From the NCBI GenBank assembly GCA_049724395.1, contig JAUGWO010000065.1, positions 62,001 through 126,000 on the forward strand: a DNA stretch of 64,000 bases, written 5' to 3'. The notes beneath the pieces are model-generated. The model was not told the DNA's origin. It was given only the letters and a program-made list of their open reading frames with translations, and did not search any database. Made by a program: the position numbers and the translations under genes. Below, in pieces: positions 17,689 through 31,269 of this stretch; within the stretch, counting starts at the first letter, position 1; the number at the start of each line of letters is the position of its first letter. This DNA comes from Spongospora subterranea f. sp. subterranea. Its lineage: Eukaryota.

Positions 17689-20600
17689 ATGGCCAAGTCG
17701 TCGTTTAAGCTAGGTCCTTCTAATCCAGTGTCCGACCCTCTTTTGCTATGGGTGCTGAAACTCCTTTTGGTTTTCGTATTCAAATCTCCTGAAGACGTCA
17801 TCTTCTCAATCGAAGATGCTTCCAAAGCAGAGAACTGCTCTACCGCACTGCAAACTGCTTGGGCAAAGGAAGAGAAACGAGCCAAGCCATCAATGTTGCG
17901 AGCACTATGGAGCGCATTCGGCGTCAGGTACATGTTCCTGGCGGTCTGGAAGTTCGTCTGGGCGTTATGCACCTGGGGAAGCGCATGGTTTTTGTTGAAG
18001 AAAATGATGGCGATGGAGACTCGAACCATGGAGTGGGCGTTGGTTCTGTTGGGCGCCTCCCTTATGGCGGCAATATCAATTCAGTGTCTCTACGTTGGCT
18101 CATTTAAAGTCGGTCTAAAAGGTATGTCATATCGTTACCCCATATCGTTACATGTGTTATGACATACGACTAACGATACACTTGTGTTGATTGACTACAG
18201 TGAGATCATCACTCACTATGATCATTTATAATAAGTCATTGGCACTTCCACCACAACATGTCGGGATTGGAGAGATCGTCAATATGGTCTCCACCGATAT
18301 TGAGGCGGTCGCATCAGCCGCATCCCACTTTCATTTCCTCTGGACTGGAGCACTCGAGATCATTTATATCGTCCTGCTATTGATATATGAGGCAAGGATG
18401 TCCTCCATCTGGCCCATTATCGTCATCGTCGCGACATTACCCATTCAGCTGTATATCGGCAATAAGGTCTCTCATTATTCCGCTGTCTGGATTCAGACTT
18501 CGGGTGAACGTCTTCATCTAATGACTGAAATACTCACTGCTATCAAATTACTCAAGTTCTACACATGGGAAGTGTATTTCTCCAAGCGCATCAATGAGAT
18601 CCGAGCTCGTGAGAGTGCCGCCGCCGCATCGCAGATCCTATCGCGAGCCGCCAATTTTGCAATGGTATTTGCTGTTCCTGTTCTGGGCGCATTTGCGTGT
18701 CTAGTGTCTCTACAAATCAATGACCCCGCCGGGAAAATTGACCCAACTCTGGCATTCATTGTTGTGTCGTTGCTGAACACCCTCCGTTATCCTCTGCTTA
18801 TGATGCCGTTAGCCGTGAAATCATGTTCGTCAGCGCTTAATGCTCTCGGTGCAATTACCCTTTTCATGCAACGCCCCCAGCTTGTATGTTTAGCCTGTAA
18901 AGTATTGTCTTTGCAATGGAATTTGATCTATTTGTTAGGTTGATCATCGGCAAAATGCCTCCATGAAAAGCGATCCTGTCGGAAAAAAAGGAGTCGTGGA
19001 AATGGTAAAAGCGAATCTTGCCTGGGGAGAGAATGCGTCCTCTATGCTGACCAACGTCAGCATGCATGCTTATCCTGGAGAAATCATAGCTGTTGTCGGC
19101 ACCGTTGGGTCAGGAAAGTCAACGCTCCTCGGCGCTATGCTCGGCCAGACAAATGTTCCTCAAGGAAGTGTTCGCGTTGTCGGAAAGACGAGTTACTGTC
19201 CTCAAGAAGCATGGCTTATCAACACCAGTATTATGGATAACATCCTCTTCGGAACTCCTATGGACCGTGCCCGCTATACCAAAGTCATCGAAGTTTGTTG
19301 TCTCGGACGAGATTTGAGCCTGTTTGCCGAAGGTGACCAGACAATTGTTGCTGAGCGAGGGGCGAACTTATCAGGAGGGCAAAAACAGCGAGTTTCAATG
19401 GCTCGAGCGGTTTACAGCCACAGCGACATTGTTCTTCTGGACGACCCATTGAGCGCTTTGGATCAAAAGGTGGCCAGAACAATCTTCGAGAAATGCATAA
19501 AGGGATTCCTTCGTGATAGAACTGTGATTATGGTGACCCACGGTCTTCAATATTTATATCAGGTTTGTAACATATTACTTTTCATCGATGCACCTTGTTG
19601 CTGATATTTGAATTACCAGGTCGATCGCGTGATGCTTATGGGAGACAAAGGTGTTTTGGAATATGGTCCCTACACTGAGCTAATGTCACTGCCTGGTGGA
19701 AAATTGAGGTCCCTTGTTGAGGCACATGTTGATGTTAACGTTGAAACCGTTCTTGATTACGAGTCGGAAGAATCGGTTCAACGATATAACACAATCCAGA
19801 TTCCTTCGGGAGATGACGTCATATCTGATTTGGTTTCGGTTCAAGTTAATCAAGAACGACCAAACGCCATTCGTGAACCTTCCGATACAGATGAACGAGT
19901 CCTCTATCGCATCTCTCAGCTCAATCACGGTAAATTTCTGTGGCATGTTATTATCAAAAAACTGATGGTTTGCATGAACTAGGTATTGAAGTTGACGACG
20001 ATACCATGAAGCAAAAGGCAGAATATGATCACCTAACGACTAACGGACCATACCATGTGTCAAGTCAACTGCAAAATATCCCGTCTTTTGCACGCAGCGT
20101 TGCCCGTAACGAATTGAGCGTGTTGACATACAGGAGCGAATCTGACGAATCGCATCTGACAATGGAGAATCGTGCTGATCCTCATCAACCAAGCAAAACT
20201 GGACCCATTACCTACATGAAGAAAGGTGCTGGAGGAATCATCGTGTCAGGTTCAATTTGCGTGATATTTTTCGCGGTTCACAGCATCCGCATGGTACTTG
20301 ATATATGGGTAAAATCCTGGACAGCAAACACCACTGGCCTTTCCAACCAATGGAACGCCGCCGTTTTTGGAGTATTCTGTGTCAGCTTTTCGTTTGGTGT
20401 TGCCTTTCGTGGATTTCTTCTAGCTAAGGTTACTGCGTCTAAAGCTCGTCGTCTACACGATTCCATGCTTACATCGTTACTTCATGCACCCATGTCATTT
20501 TACGATAAAACTCCACTTGGAAGAATCCTTCAATGCGCTGCAGAGCATCAGGTTTGATATTGCGCCAAATTGCTCTAGCTGTAATTGACTAAAAATGTTC

Positions 20601-22107
20601 TTCTAAAGGGCGCGGCTGATGATCGTCTACCCGACGCGTCTCTGCAGTTTCTGCAATACGCTCCTTTAGCAATTGGGTCGCTGATCATAATGTTTTTACA
20701 GTCTGATTGGCCATTAATGCCTTCAGTTGCGGTCCTTTCTGTAATTGGTTTTGTCATTCTCGTACTTCCGCATAAATGCGGAGCACTTCGATTTATGAGT
20801 AATAAGGCCAAAGGTGCTAAGCCCATGCTTTACTCTCATGTCGCCTCGTCACTTGAAGGATTGTTCTCGATTCGCGCATTCAATGCTCAAGCACGTTTCC
20901 GTTCCTTAACTCTGGGGCATTTGGATGAGACCAACACATGGGAAATCGCATCTCAAAACATTAGATTCTTTGTCGCCCTATACATGGATGTTGTGTGCTC
21001 GTTTGCTATATTTGCCTGCGCCTATTGGTTTGTCGTTCAGCCTGCTGGTACAAAAGTTAAGTCCGCTGTCGTCGGATTAGCTTTGGCGAACTCTCTGCAA
21101 CTGTTGGTGTTTGTTCAATGGATGTTCCGCATGCTGGAAGAAACCAAAGGTTCATTCAACTCAGTTCGCGAACTACAACACATGGGAGAGAACGTGGCGC
21201 CAGAGGCACCATTTGTGATTACTAATCGCAAACAACCCGACGGTATGTATTTTCTGTTCGATTCTTTCATATTTTGAAAAAACTGTTACTTTTAGAGTCG
21301 TGGCCATCTCGAGGCGAGATTATTTTCCGCGATATTGTACTTCGTTATACTCAATATGGTGTGTCCGTTTTGAAGAAGGTAAATTTCACTGTCAACCCAC
21401 AGGAAAAGATCGGAATTGTTGGTCGGACCGGATCAGGAAAGTCTACGTTGCTCGTTGCCCTGCTCAGAATTGTGGAGTCTTGCCAAGGGAAAATTTTGAT
21501 AGACGGTGTCGATGCCAATTCGGTCGGCTTACGAATGCTGCGAAAAAGAATAGCAATTATTCCTCAAGAGCCGGTGCTCTTCTTAGGGACGGTGCGTTCA
21601 AATTTGGATCCTTACAATGAAGTAGAAGATTCAGCAATTTGGAGAGCTCTGGCCGCGGTCCATCTTGATGTTATCATTAGACCTATGCAAGGCGGGCTAA
21701 ACGCCATCGTGGTCGAAAACGGTCGCAATTTCAGTCTCGGACAACGACAATTATTTTGCATTGCTAGGGCGATCCTGAGCAAATCTTGTATTATCGTGCT
21801 AGATGAAGCTACAGCAGCAATCGACGCCGACACGGATCAGCTGATCCAGACCGCAATTGCCAAGAATTTCGCCGATTGCACTGTTCTTACGATAGCGCAT
21901 CGTCTCAATACGATCATCGATAGTGACAAGATTCTGTTCATGGATGCCGGGCATGTGGCTGAGTTCGACACACCGTTAGCGTTGTTGAACAATCCAGCAA
22001 GTATGTTTTCTTCTTTGGTCAACCAGACTGGACCTGAATCCGCTCGAAAATTGCGTCAATTTGCTGAAGAGAAGGTAGCAAAAGAAGTTGCTGTCGATAA
22101 GAAGTAA
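17689..22107 (+). CDS. ABCC (MRP-type) transporter without TMD0, copy 1
   Basis: TMD1-NBD1-TMD2-NBD2 layout. NBD1 has GTVGSGKS, LSGGQKQR, LLDDPLSALD; TMD2 has FYDKTPLGRI; NBD2 has GRTGSGKS, NFSLGQRQ, LDEATA. Six GT-AG introns. Confidence 0.97.
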
Positions 22108-22882
22108 TCGAGCCATAAAGTGCAAGTGGTTTTGTAAAAATAACATCGGAAATTTATACTCTCTAATCAGACAGAATAAGTCCACAGACGTTTCTCAAAA
22201 TAGGTTCCATTTCTGATTTCTGGTTTTTCGGAGATAGGTAGTTGTGAAGACATATAGCTGCCTTGACAGAGTTCGAGTGTCAGATTTGGCGTTCTCACTC
22301 TTGGAAACAAGAATCTGACTTTTCAACAAGCATATGAACAGTCCAAGTTGATGTGGAATTGATCCAGGTTATTATCGGCGATGATGGGCGCACCAATGAA
22401 AGTTTGTCAAGAGGCTGATCTCTTCGAGCGTCGATTAGTGCAGTTGCGATCGGGCAGAAGATGAAATGACTATTGCAGAATAGACAAGATGAGGCTAAAT
22501 TCAAGTTAGTCTTTGTTGGGGGTTGACAGGGTGATGACGTTTCCGTTTCGACTTAACTTGGGCCTCTCTTTCATCGTAGATTCCGGACGAGCGCCTGTTT
22601 ATGGCGACGAGGAATCTGCAGTTGTCAAAGACATTAGATTATCTCTGTTGTTTTTTCGCATAAGATGCTAGGAGTATTTGAGTTCCAGATTTTGCTTTTT
22701 CAATCCTAGAGGCATGATTCTGCTTCAAGTTAAAGCTGGATGTGCAATCTTTGATACATTGAATTGATAATCCCAATATGAGGCTATATTGACACTTTCA
22801 CGGTTAACGATTCGCTTTTCTTGGCAATGCGCTCAAGTGCACCCCCTTGTATGCTGTGAAAAGTTATTTTGAATAGGGTATT

Positions 22883-23410
22883 TACTCCTTTCGTCCGATA
22901 ACAGTCTGGTCGGAACGACCATTTCGTTTTGTCCCAAAAGGTCTGGTCGGTACGAAAAAAAGTCATCTTTTTACTGGAGATCGTGCCATCGAATCATGCA
23001 TGGATCTATTATCGACTATCTCACTTCTTCTATCAACGCTGGGTCAACTCCCAGAGTGCCGGGGAGAGAATTATGACGCTCTAAACGCTCCTTGCCCATG
23101 TAAGGGATCTTGCAATCGATCCCTCCGCCCATTCGCATAGTCTGAATTATGCAATGCTGTAGTGTGAGGAACACGCGATTCAGCTTGGTTCCCTGCAACT
23201 CGTGAAATGCGTTTTCGGCTTCTTCAAACAGCTCATCAATATTTTTCGGAGCACATCGATGCTGGAGCGACTGGATTGCGTCAAAAAACCCTAAGTCCAG
23301 CACATTCAAGTCAGGGCTGTTTGGGGGCTGGCAGCGAAGTCTGCATCGGCATCGGCTATTTCAACGAACGCCTTGTCTAGTGGCGACAAATGCGGCTTTG
23401 CATTGTCAAC
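22883..23410 (-). mobile_element. Truncated Tc1/mariner (DD39D, Stowaway-associated type) transposon 3' end
   Basis: The minus strand gives DNAKPH and CQPPNSPDLNVLDLGFFDAIQSLQ...IPYMGKERLER. TA+CTCCTTTCGTCCG at 22883-22897 resembles the CTCCCTCCGT terminal repeat of this family. Confidence 0.85.
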
Positions 23411-24419
23411 AACTCCGTTTGCCATTGCGTCGACGACTATAGCCGTAAAACCCGCTGATGCGTTTTCGCCATTTGCTGTATCCCACCCAAAGCGACAAAT
23501 ACTTCATAGCATCATCTAGGCGTCGGATATCTGGACAGCTTCCTTAAATCCAAGAAAAACTGTGTATTTGCACCCAGTGCTGAAGAACGGGAATGAGGTT
23601 TTGACGTTCCCTTTAAAATCGTCCTGTGAATTCTGCTGTAGTAAATTCAATCCATCTATTGATATTTATGAAAACGCGGTTGAATTTACAATAGGCTAAA
23701 TGCTTACATCCTTCAACAATTTGATCTTTTCAAATTCCTCAATCAGCTGACTACTTATTGTTCAGTCCGACTTCGTAACAAGCGGTATAGCTGATTGTGA
23801 ATCCGTTTGCCTGCGTTTTGCTGTGTACCAATTGTAACTGGCCGAAATCCAATAGGGTTGTGGGAATGTTCGGCATTCATGTGGAATGGGTGCTCCTTGA
23901 TCTTTGATTGAAAACTGAGGTACGTTCCCGCATTGCGGCGGAAACGATTCGACGTCGCCCTCGAAGCGCGGCACACAAAGCGAATTTTCCCGGGTGGGAT
24001 GTGCCTTGGTTGGAGTCCGTTTCAAATTCGGCTTCGGCTTCCAGCTCCTTGAGTCGCTTGAGCTACTTAGCCAGTTCTGCAGCGGCGAGCCTTTTGTCCA
24101 GCTCGGCACCGTCGATCTCGCGGTGTCTGTCTTTGGCATGGCGATGGCGTCCTTCGACCGTTGATCGATCACGACTCTGGCTTTAACTGATCGGTTGAAA
24201 GAGTGGTTTATTGCGGCGGAGTGCATAGAATCCGCTCAATCGTCATTGCTGACAAACCGATATTCGACACGGTTGGCAATACAGAGTGAGTCGATCGGTT
24301 CTGTGCTCAAGGCAACGTTTTTCCATGACATTATCTCAAAAGAGGCAACTGAACCATTTCAGTCCAACTCAAGGCACAGTAGTTGCAGTCGCCGCTGCAC
24401 AGCACATCTTGGCGTAACA

Positions 24420-24680
24420 ATGTCGGACGAGGAATTGCCAGCGTTCGCGGTGTGGACGGGCACCAGAAATGGTCGTACAAATTGTGCGAAAGGTCACCGG
24501 ATAGGTGAACCGTCGAAGATATCCTGATGACGTCGTGATGAGCGTCGAGAAGAAAGGGAACGGATAACATGGACACGTTCTTGTCCGAATGGATCGACCG
24601 GGTTTGGAAACCATCGCTGCATCAAAGAACATGCGGGTTGTCGAATCTGTTGATGGGCTGCGTCCAGCATGTTTGCACAT
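24420..24680 (+). mobile_element. pogo/Tigger-type DDE_1 transposase fragment (degenerate)
   Basis: ELPAFAVWTGTRNGR followed by WMDTFLSEWIDRVWKP...LLM resembles the DDE_1 consensus (LPP..IFKG...WMD...W...VW.P...LL.D). The frame is broken. Confidence 0.6.
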
Positions 24681-25629
24681 TTTTCGAATGTGGCGTTCGC
24701 ATCGCCACCGTTTGTGCAGGTCTATATGTTGAGTTCAGCTGGTATCCCGATCTAGTTGAAATCCGATCAAGGTCGAGCTCTGGGTTTTCGATGCGGAATT
24801 TTGCCGATTTTCCATTCTCCAATGCGCGTCGAGGGTTTATATGCCTTTCAACCGAAAGCAGCCTTTGGTAGCGTTTTCTCAAGAAATCGGCCACGTCTGC
24901 GATTCCCGTACCCGAAGCTGATTGGCTGATTATTTTGTCACGTTTGGCAGTGCCCTATGGTGTATATAATTATATTATGTCTTTCAAAATGTGAATTGGG
25001 CGATGACACTCATCAAACCATGAAATACCTGTTGGTTAGATTTTTCGGATTTGCCTCAATCTTTGCTTTCAAGGGGGTCTGCCCCCAAAGCGATCTGCTT
25101 GTTTATTTGTTTTGCTGCGATTTCTGCGATTAAGGTGACTTGCGCCGTGTTGACAACAATCTGAAAATGGGTGTAGAGTCCAAAACCCCCAGTGCAGAGC
25201 CGGCGCAATAGATCAGCCTTGAAGAGACACAAATTACCGTTATTCAAAGCCACTCAAAGCGAGTTGGCACTGATGTTTGGCCATCATTGATTTCATTGAC
25301 GACTTTGAAAACTCCAGTATTTTGGTTATTGGGGGAATCGTTTTCTTTCTTCTAACTCTTCCAACAGAGCATTTCGAAACCCTAAATTTGCCCCATTGAT
25401 CCAATCTGAGGATTCTGGGGCTGATCGCATGTCTGATGGATGTTAGAAGTCACCAATCGCGCCAAAATCTCTTTAGCACGGTTCTGGCCCGTGAACTGCA
25501 GATAACGGAACAGAGCAAGAAGACATTCAACACTGTGGGGGGAGTTAGTTCCATAATTATTCATAATAGCGATTCTGTTCGCGTGTACTCCCATGTGGTC
25601 TATTTACAGTGATTTCTTGCGAACGTGTA

Positions 25630-26386
25630 CAGTAGCGATCACCTTAACCCGACAATTCCGTGACTGTAGGCGGCTTGAACTGTATCTGGTCATGGATGAT
25701 GGATTCATATCGTACAATTTGTACGTAATTCTTTAGGTCTTTGCATTACGAACAAAGTTACGTGTTCAATTTTATTATTGAGGCATTATTGACGGAGTAG
25801 ATACACTTTATAGATACAGTGCCTTGATGGAGAATGGGACTGTATCTATGGAAAACAATTGCGACGGCGCACTTTCCTTGTGCAGTCACGCATAAAATAT
25901 ATAATGCGCAGTGTCACAGTCACGGATAAAAGTATATCATGCGCACTGACTAGCGATATTGCAGTGACGCAGGCCAAAACATAGAGACTTGCGTTTTTGA
26001 AATGCCGCCTTTAAATAAACGTCGAAAGCAAATCGCCAAGTTGGTTGCATCGCGGATCGCTGCCGACGCTGATGACTGCTCCTCATCTGGCTTTTCGGTC
26101 AATAATGGTCTCTCTGTCGTCGAAAGTTCTGTGTTTGAAGATGATGACAATTATATTGTTTCTGATTCCGACGATTGGTGTCATGAAATGGATGAAAAGG
26201 CAGTTGACAAGATCAACACAACACGGTAATAAATGACTTATAGTAGTATCATATGTACACTAAGTGTACAAATCTTCCATTTAACAAAATGGCTTATAGT
26301 ATCATATGTACACTAAGTGTACATTAAATCTCGTGAAAATATTGGGACTAGGGTTTGAAATTGTCGGGTTAAGGTGATCGCTACTG
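25630..26386. mobile_element. Non-autonomous Tc1/mariner-superfamily element, 757 bp, perfect 28-bp TIRs, TA target duplication
   Basis: CAGTAGCGATCACCTTAACCCGACAATT at 25630-25657 and its exact reverse complement at 26359-26386, with TA at 25628-29 and 26387-88. It contains a short ORF at 26002-26229. Confidence 0.93.
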
Positions 26387-26839
26387 TACACAGATTATCA
26401 GGAACACTGGAAACCAGTTGCTGTCAATTCAAGCCAAAACCTGAAGTACCCAATGGCGATAACACTCATACAAACGGCTCAAATGAGACTCCTGCTACAA
26501 CGCAATACTCATCATGGCATTTTTCAAGCACTTAAAGTAGCCCACCATGATTAGAAATTCGTCAAAGCGGGTGCGGTCATGGGCCGTCTCTACAAGAGCA
26601 TTATCAATGACCGCTATTTTACTCATGATCTCATATTTCGTTCGAGCAACGCTCCAAATACACCATTCCAATTGACCAGCCAGTTGAACCATGTTTCGAG
26701 AAGTCCACGATCAAGCTAGGGAAAGGTCCCTACCGATTGTTCTGAAAAGACGCGCTTTACTGATGGAATATCTCGATGAGTATACGCGTGCCAATGTCGT
26801 CAATTGGAAATAGTATCAATCACCGGCAGAGAAGTTATC

Positions 26840-29800
26840 ATGGCAAAAACATCGTTTAAACTTTGCGCATCGAATCCGATATCAGAACCGTTGCTGTTAT
26901 GGGTGTTGAAACTTCTGTTTGTGTTTATTTTGAAGGTCCCGGAGGACGTTATATTCACCATTGAGGAAAGCTGTAAAGCAGAAGTTTGCTCAAATGCGCT
27001 TCAGAGCGCGTGGGCGAAAGAAGAGAGTATGACAAAACCGTCAATGTTGCGAGCACTATGGAGCGCGTTCGGCTTCAGGTACATGCTCCTTGCGGTCTGG
27101 AAGTTCGTCTGGGCATTATGCACCTGGGGAAGCGCATGGTTCCTGTTGAAGAAAATGATGGCGATGGAGACTCGAACCATGGAGTGGGCGTTGGTTCTGT
27201 TGGGCGCCTCCCTTATGGCGGCAATATCAATTCAGTGTCTCTACGTTGGCTCATTTAAAGTCGGTCTAAAAGGTATGTCATATCGTTACCCCATATCGTT
27301 ACATGTGTTATGACATACGACTAACGATACACTTGTGTTGATTGACTACAGTGAGATCATCACTCACTATGATCATTTATAATAAGTCATTGGCACTTCC
27401 ACCACAACATGTCGGGATTGGAGAGATCGTCAATATGGTCTCCACCGATATTGAGGCGGTCGCATCAGCCGCATCCCACTTTCATTTCCTCTGGACTGGA
27501 GCACTCGAGATCATTTATATCGTCTTGCTATTGATATATGAGGCAAGGATGTCTTCCATCTGGCCCATTATCGTCATCGTCGCGACATTACCCATTCAGC
27601 TGTATATCGGCAATAAGGTCTCTCATTATTCCGCTGTCTGGATTCAGACTTCGGGTGAACGTCTTCATCTAATGACTGAAATACTCACTGCTATCAAATT
27701 ACTCAAGTTCTACACATGGGAAGTGTATTTTTCCAAGCGCATCAATGAGATCCGAGCTCGTGAGAGTGCCGCCGCTGCATCGCAGATCCTATCGCGAGCC
27801 GCCAATTTTGCAATGGTATTTGCTGTTCCTGTTCTGGGCGCATTTGCGTGTCTAGTATCTTTACAAATCAACGACCCCGCTGGAAAAATTGACCCAACTC
27901 TGGCATTCATTGTTGTGTCATTGTTAAATACTCTCCGTTATCCTTTGCTTATGATGCCCTTAGCTGTGAAATCATGTTCGTCAGCGCTCAATGCCCTCAG
28001 TGCAATAACCTTGTTCATGCAGCGTCCCCAACTGGTAATTGTTGTCAATTTAATACCAATAACTTGCAAGGCAACTAAACTATCGCCACTTCAGGTGGAT
28101 TGTCGAAAAAGTGTTGCGACTAAAAGTGATCCGGTTGGAAAGAAAGGAATAATTGAGATGGAAAAAGCGAGCCTTTCTTGGGGAGAAACTGCATCACCGA
28201 TATTGAACAACGTCAGCATGCATGCGTATCCTGGCGAAGTCATTGCAGTTGTTGGTACTGTTGGATCTGGAAAATCAACGCTCCTTGCGGCAATGCTTGG
28301 CCAGACAAATCTTCCTCAGGGAAGTATCCGCGTTGTTGGAAAGACAAGTTATTGTCCACAAGAAGCATGGCTCATCAACTCCAGTATTATGGATAATATC
28401 ATCTTTGGAACTCCTATGGACCGTGCTCGCTATACGAAAGTTATAGATGTTTGTTGTCTCGGGAGAGATTTGAGCCTGTTTGCTGAAGGCGATCAAACAT
28501 TGGTATCGGAGCGAGGGGCTAACTTATCAGGCGGACAAAAGCAACGCGTTTCCATGGCTCGTTCGGTGTACAGCCGCAGTGACATTGTTCTGTTGGACGA
28601 TCCATTGAGCGCTTTAGATCAGAAAGTGGCACGAACAATATTCGAGAAATGTATCAAAGGATTCCTTCGGGATCGAACTGTGGTAATGGTGACGCACGGA
28701 TTGCAGTATCTACATAAGGTAACCAAGAGTTTTGAATTCACCGTTCATCCTGCTCTAAAATAATCCTCAGGTTGATCGAGTAATGTTGATGGGGGCTAAT
28801 GGGGTCATAGAGTATGGACCATGTGCTAATTTAATGTCGATACCAGGCGGCAAATTGAGGTCACTTATGGAAACTCACGTTGATATCAGTGCAGAGAATT
28901 TCAGCTATGAATCTGACGAATCGGTGCAACGCTATAATACCATCCAGATCCCTGCCGAGGGAAACCCTTTATTAGATTTAGTTTCAGTTCAAGTCAACGA
29001 AGATGCACGTATCATGAACAGCGAGCTAGTTGATACGGACGAGCGGGTTCTGCAACGCATTTCTCAGCTTAATCATGGTACTTTGTTATTTTTATCCCAC
29101 ATATTCTGAAGAAGAATGACTTTACGTAGGAATTGAGGTTGATGACAATACGTTGAAGCAAAAGGCAGAATATGACCACTTAACGACCAACGGCCCGTAT
29201 CACGTTTCAAGCCAATTAACACATGTGCCTTCATTTGCTCGCAGTGTTGCTCGCAACGAATTGAGCGTGCTGACGTATCGTTCTGACTGTGATGACGAAG
29301 TGTTCACAACTGATTTACGTGGCTTCCAGCGGCGAACAGTCAAAACTGGCCCAATCGTTTATTTGCGGAACGGTGCTGGAGGATTGATCGTTTCAGGATC
29401 GATATGCTTGCTGTTTTTCGCCGTTCACAGTATTCGCATGGCACTTGATATATGGGTGAAAACTTGGACGGCCAATAGCAGTGGGCTGTCCAGCAATTGG
29501 AATGCTGTCATTTTTGGCATATTCTCTGTTAGCTTCTCTCTTGGTGTCGCATTGCGTGGATTTCTTCTTGCTAAGGTCACTGCCGCTAAAGGTCGTCTCC
29601 TACATGAATCCATGCTAACGTCTTTGCTTCATGCACCAATGTCATTCTATGACAAAACACCACTTGGAAGAATCCTTCAATGCGCGTCAGAACATCAGGT
29701 TTGCGAACGGAAATTCCAGAAATTTTATTGTTGTTGAAATGAATTTTCTTTTTAAGGGGGACGCTGATGATCGCTTACCGGATTCGTCGCTGCAATTTTT

Positions 29801-31269
29801 GCAATACGCTCCGTTAGCAATTGGGTCTTTGATTATAATGTTCATGCAATCAGATTGGATGTTGATGCCCTCAGTTGCCATCCTTGGTGTAATTGGTTTT
29901 TTCATTCTCATACTGCCGCAAAAAAGTGGGGCCCTTCGTTTTGTGAAAATCAAAGACAAAGTTGCTAAGCCCATGCTGTATTCTCATGTCGCTTCATCCC
30001 TTGAAGGACTGTTTTCGATTCGCGCGTTCAACGTCCAAGAACGATTTCGTTCCTTAACCCTTGGACACTTGGATGAGACAAGCACATGGGAAACCGCGTC
30101 CCAGAACATTCGATTTTTCGTTGCTCTATACATCGATGTTGTATGCTCTTTCGCTATATTTGCCTGCGCCTATTGGTTTGTTGTCCAACCACCTTCAACG
30201 AAAGTTAAATCGGCCGTGGTCGGCTTAGCGTTAGCCAACTCTTTACAACTATTAGTGTTTGTTCAATGGATGTTCCGGATGCTGGAAGAGACTAGAGGCT
30301 CATTCAGGTCGATTCGCGAGCTGCAAAATCTGGGCGACAACGTGACACCAGAAGCATTATTTGTTATATCTGATAACAAACAACCTGACGGTACGTCTAT
30401 TTATCCTTCAGGAGGTTTAGTACTTGTTAAAAACACTATTATTTTTTAATTTCACAGAATCGTGGCCATCCCGTGGTGAAATCATTTTCCGAGATATCGT
30501 GTTGCGATATACTCAGTATGGGGTCTCGGTTTTGAAACAGGTAAATTTCAAGATAAATCCTCAAGAAAAGGTTGGGATCGTGGGGCGAACAGGCTCGGGG
30601 AAATCAACGTTGCTGATAGCGCTTTTGCGAATTGTCGAACTATCTCAAGGAAAAATATTGGTAGATGGGGTGGATATTCATTCAATAGGATTGCGACTCC
30701 TTCGCAGTAGAATTGCAGTTATTCCTCAGGAGCCGGTACTCTTTTTGGGAACGGTTCGTTCAAATTTGGACCCGTACAATGAATCAGACGATTTTGCTAT
30801 TTGGAAAGCACTAGCTGCCGTTCATCTCGATGTTATTATAAGACCTATGCAAGGTGGACTAAATGCCGTTGTTGTCCAGAACGGGCGAAATTTCAGCCTT
30901 GGACAACGCCAACTATTCTGCATTGCAAGGGCGATCCTTAACAAATCCTGCATCATTGTTTTGGATGAAGCGACAGCAGCAATGGACGCCGATACTGATC
31001 AGATGATACAAAGCGCAATCTTGAAGAATTTCGCCAGGTGTACAGTTCTAACGATAGCGCACAGACTCAATACGATCATTGATAGCGACAGAATTCTGTT
31101 TATGGACGCCGGGCATGTAGCTGAATTCGATAAGCCGCTAACGTTGATGAATAATCCACAAAGTATGTTCAGCATGATGGTTAACCAAACTGGGCCAGAA
31201 TCAGCTCGAAAATTACGCCAATTCGCAGAAGAGAAACTTGCTAGAGAAATTGCGGCCGAGAAAAAATAA
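26840..31269 (+). CDS. ABCC (MRP-type) transporter without TMD0, copy 2 (tandem paralogue)
   Basis: Same domain order, motifs and intron positions as 17689-22107. The start codon is offset by 9151 bp. Confidence 0.97.

Noticed and set aside
23755..24230. Gag-like fragment (VPRFEGDVESF) on the minus strand
   Set aside because: A single weak motif with no zinc knuckle, protease or LTR to support it.
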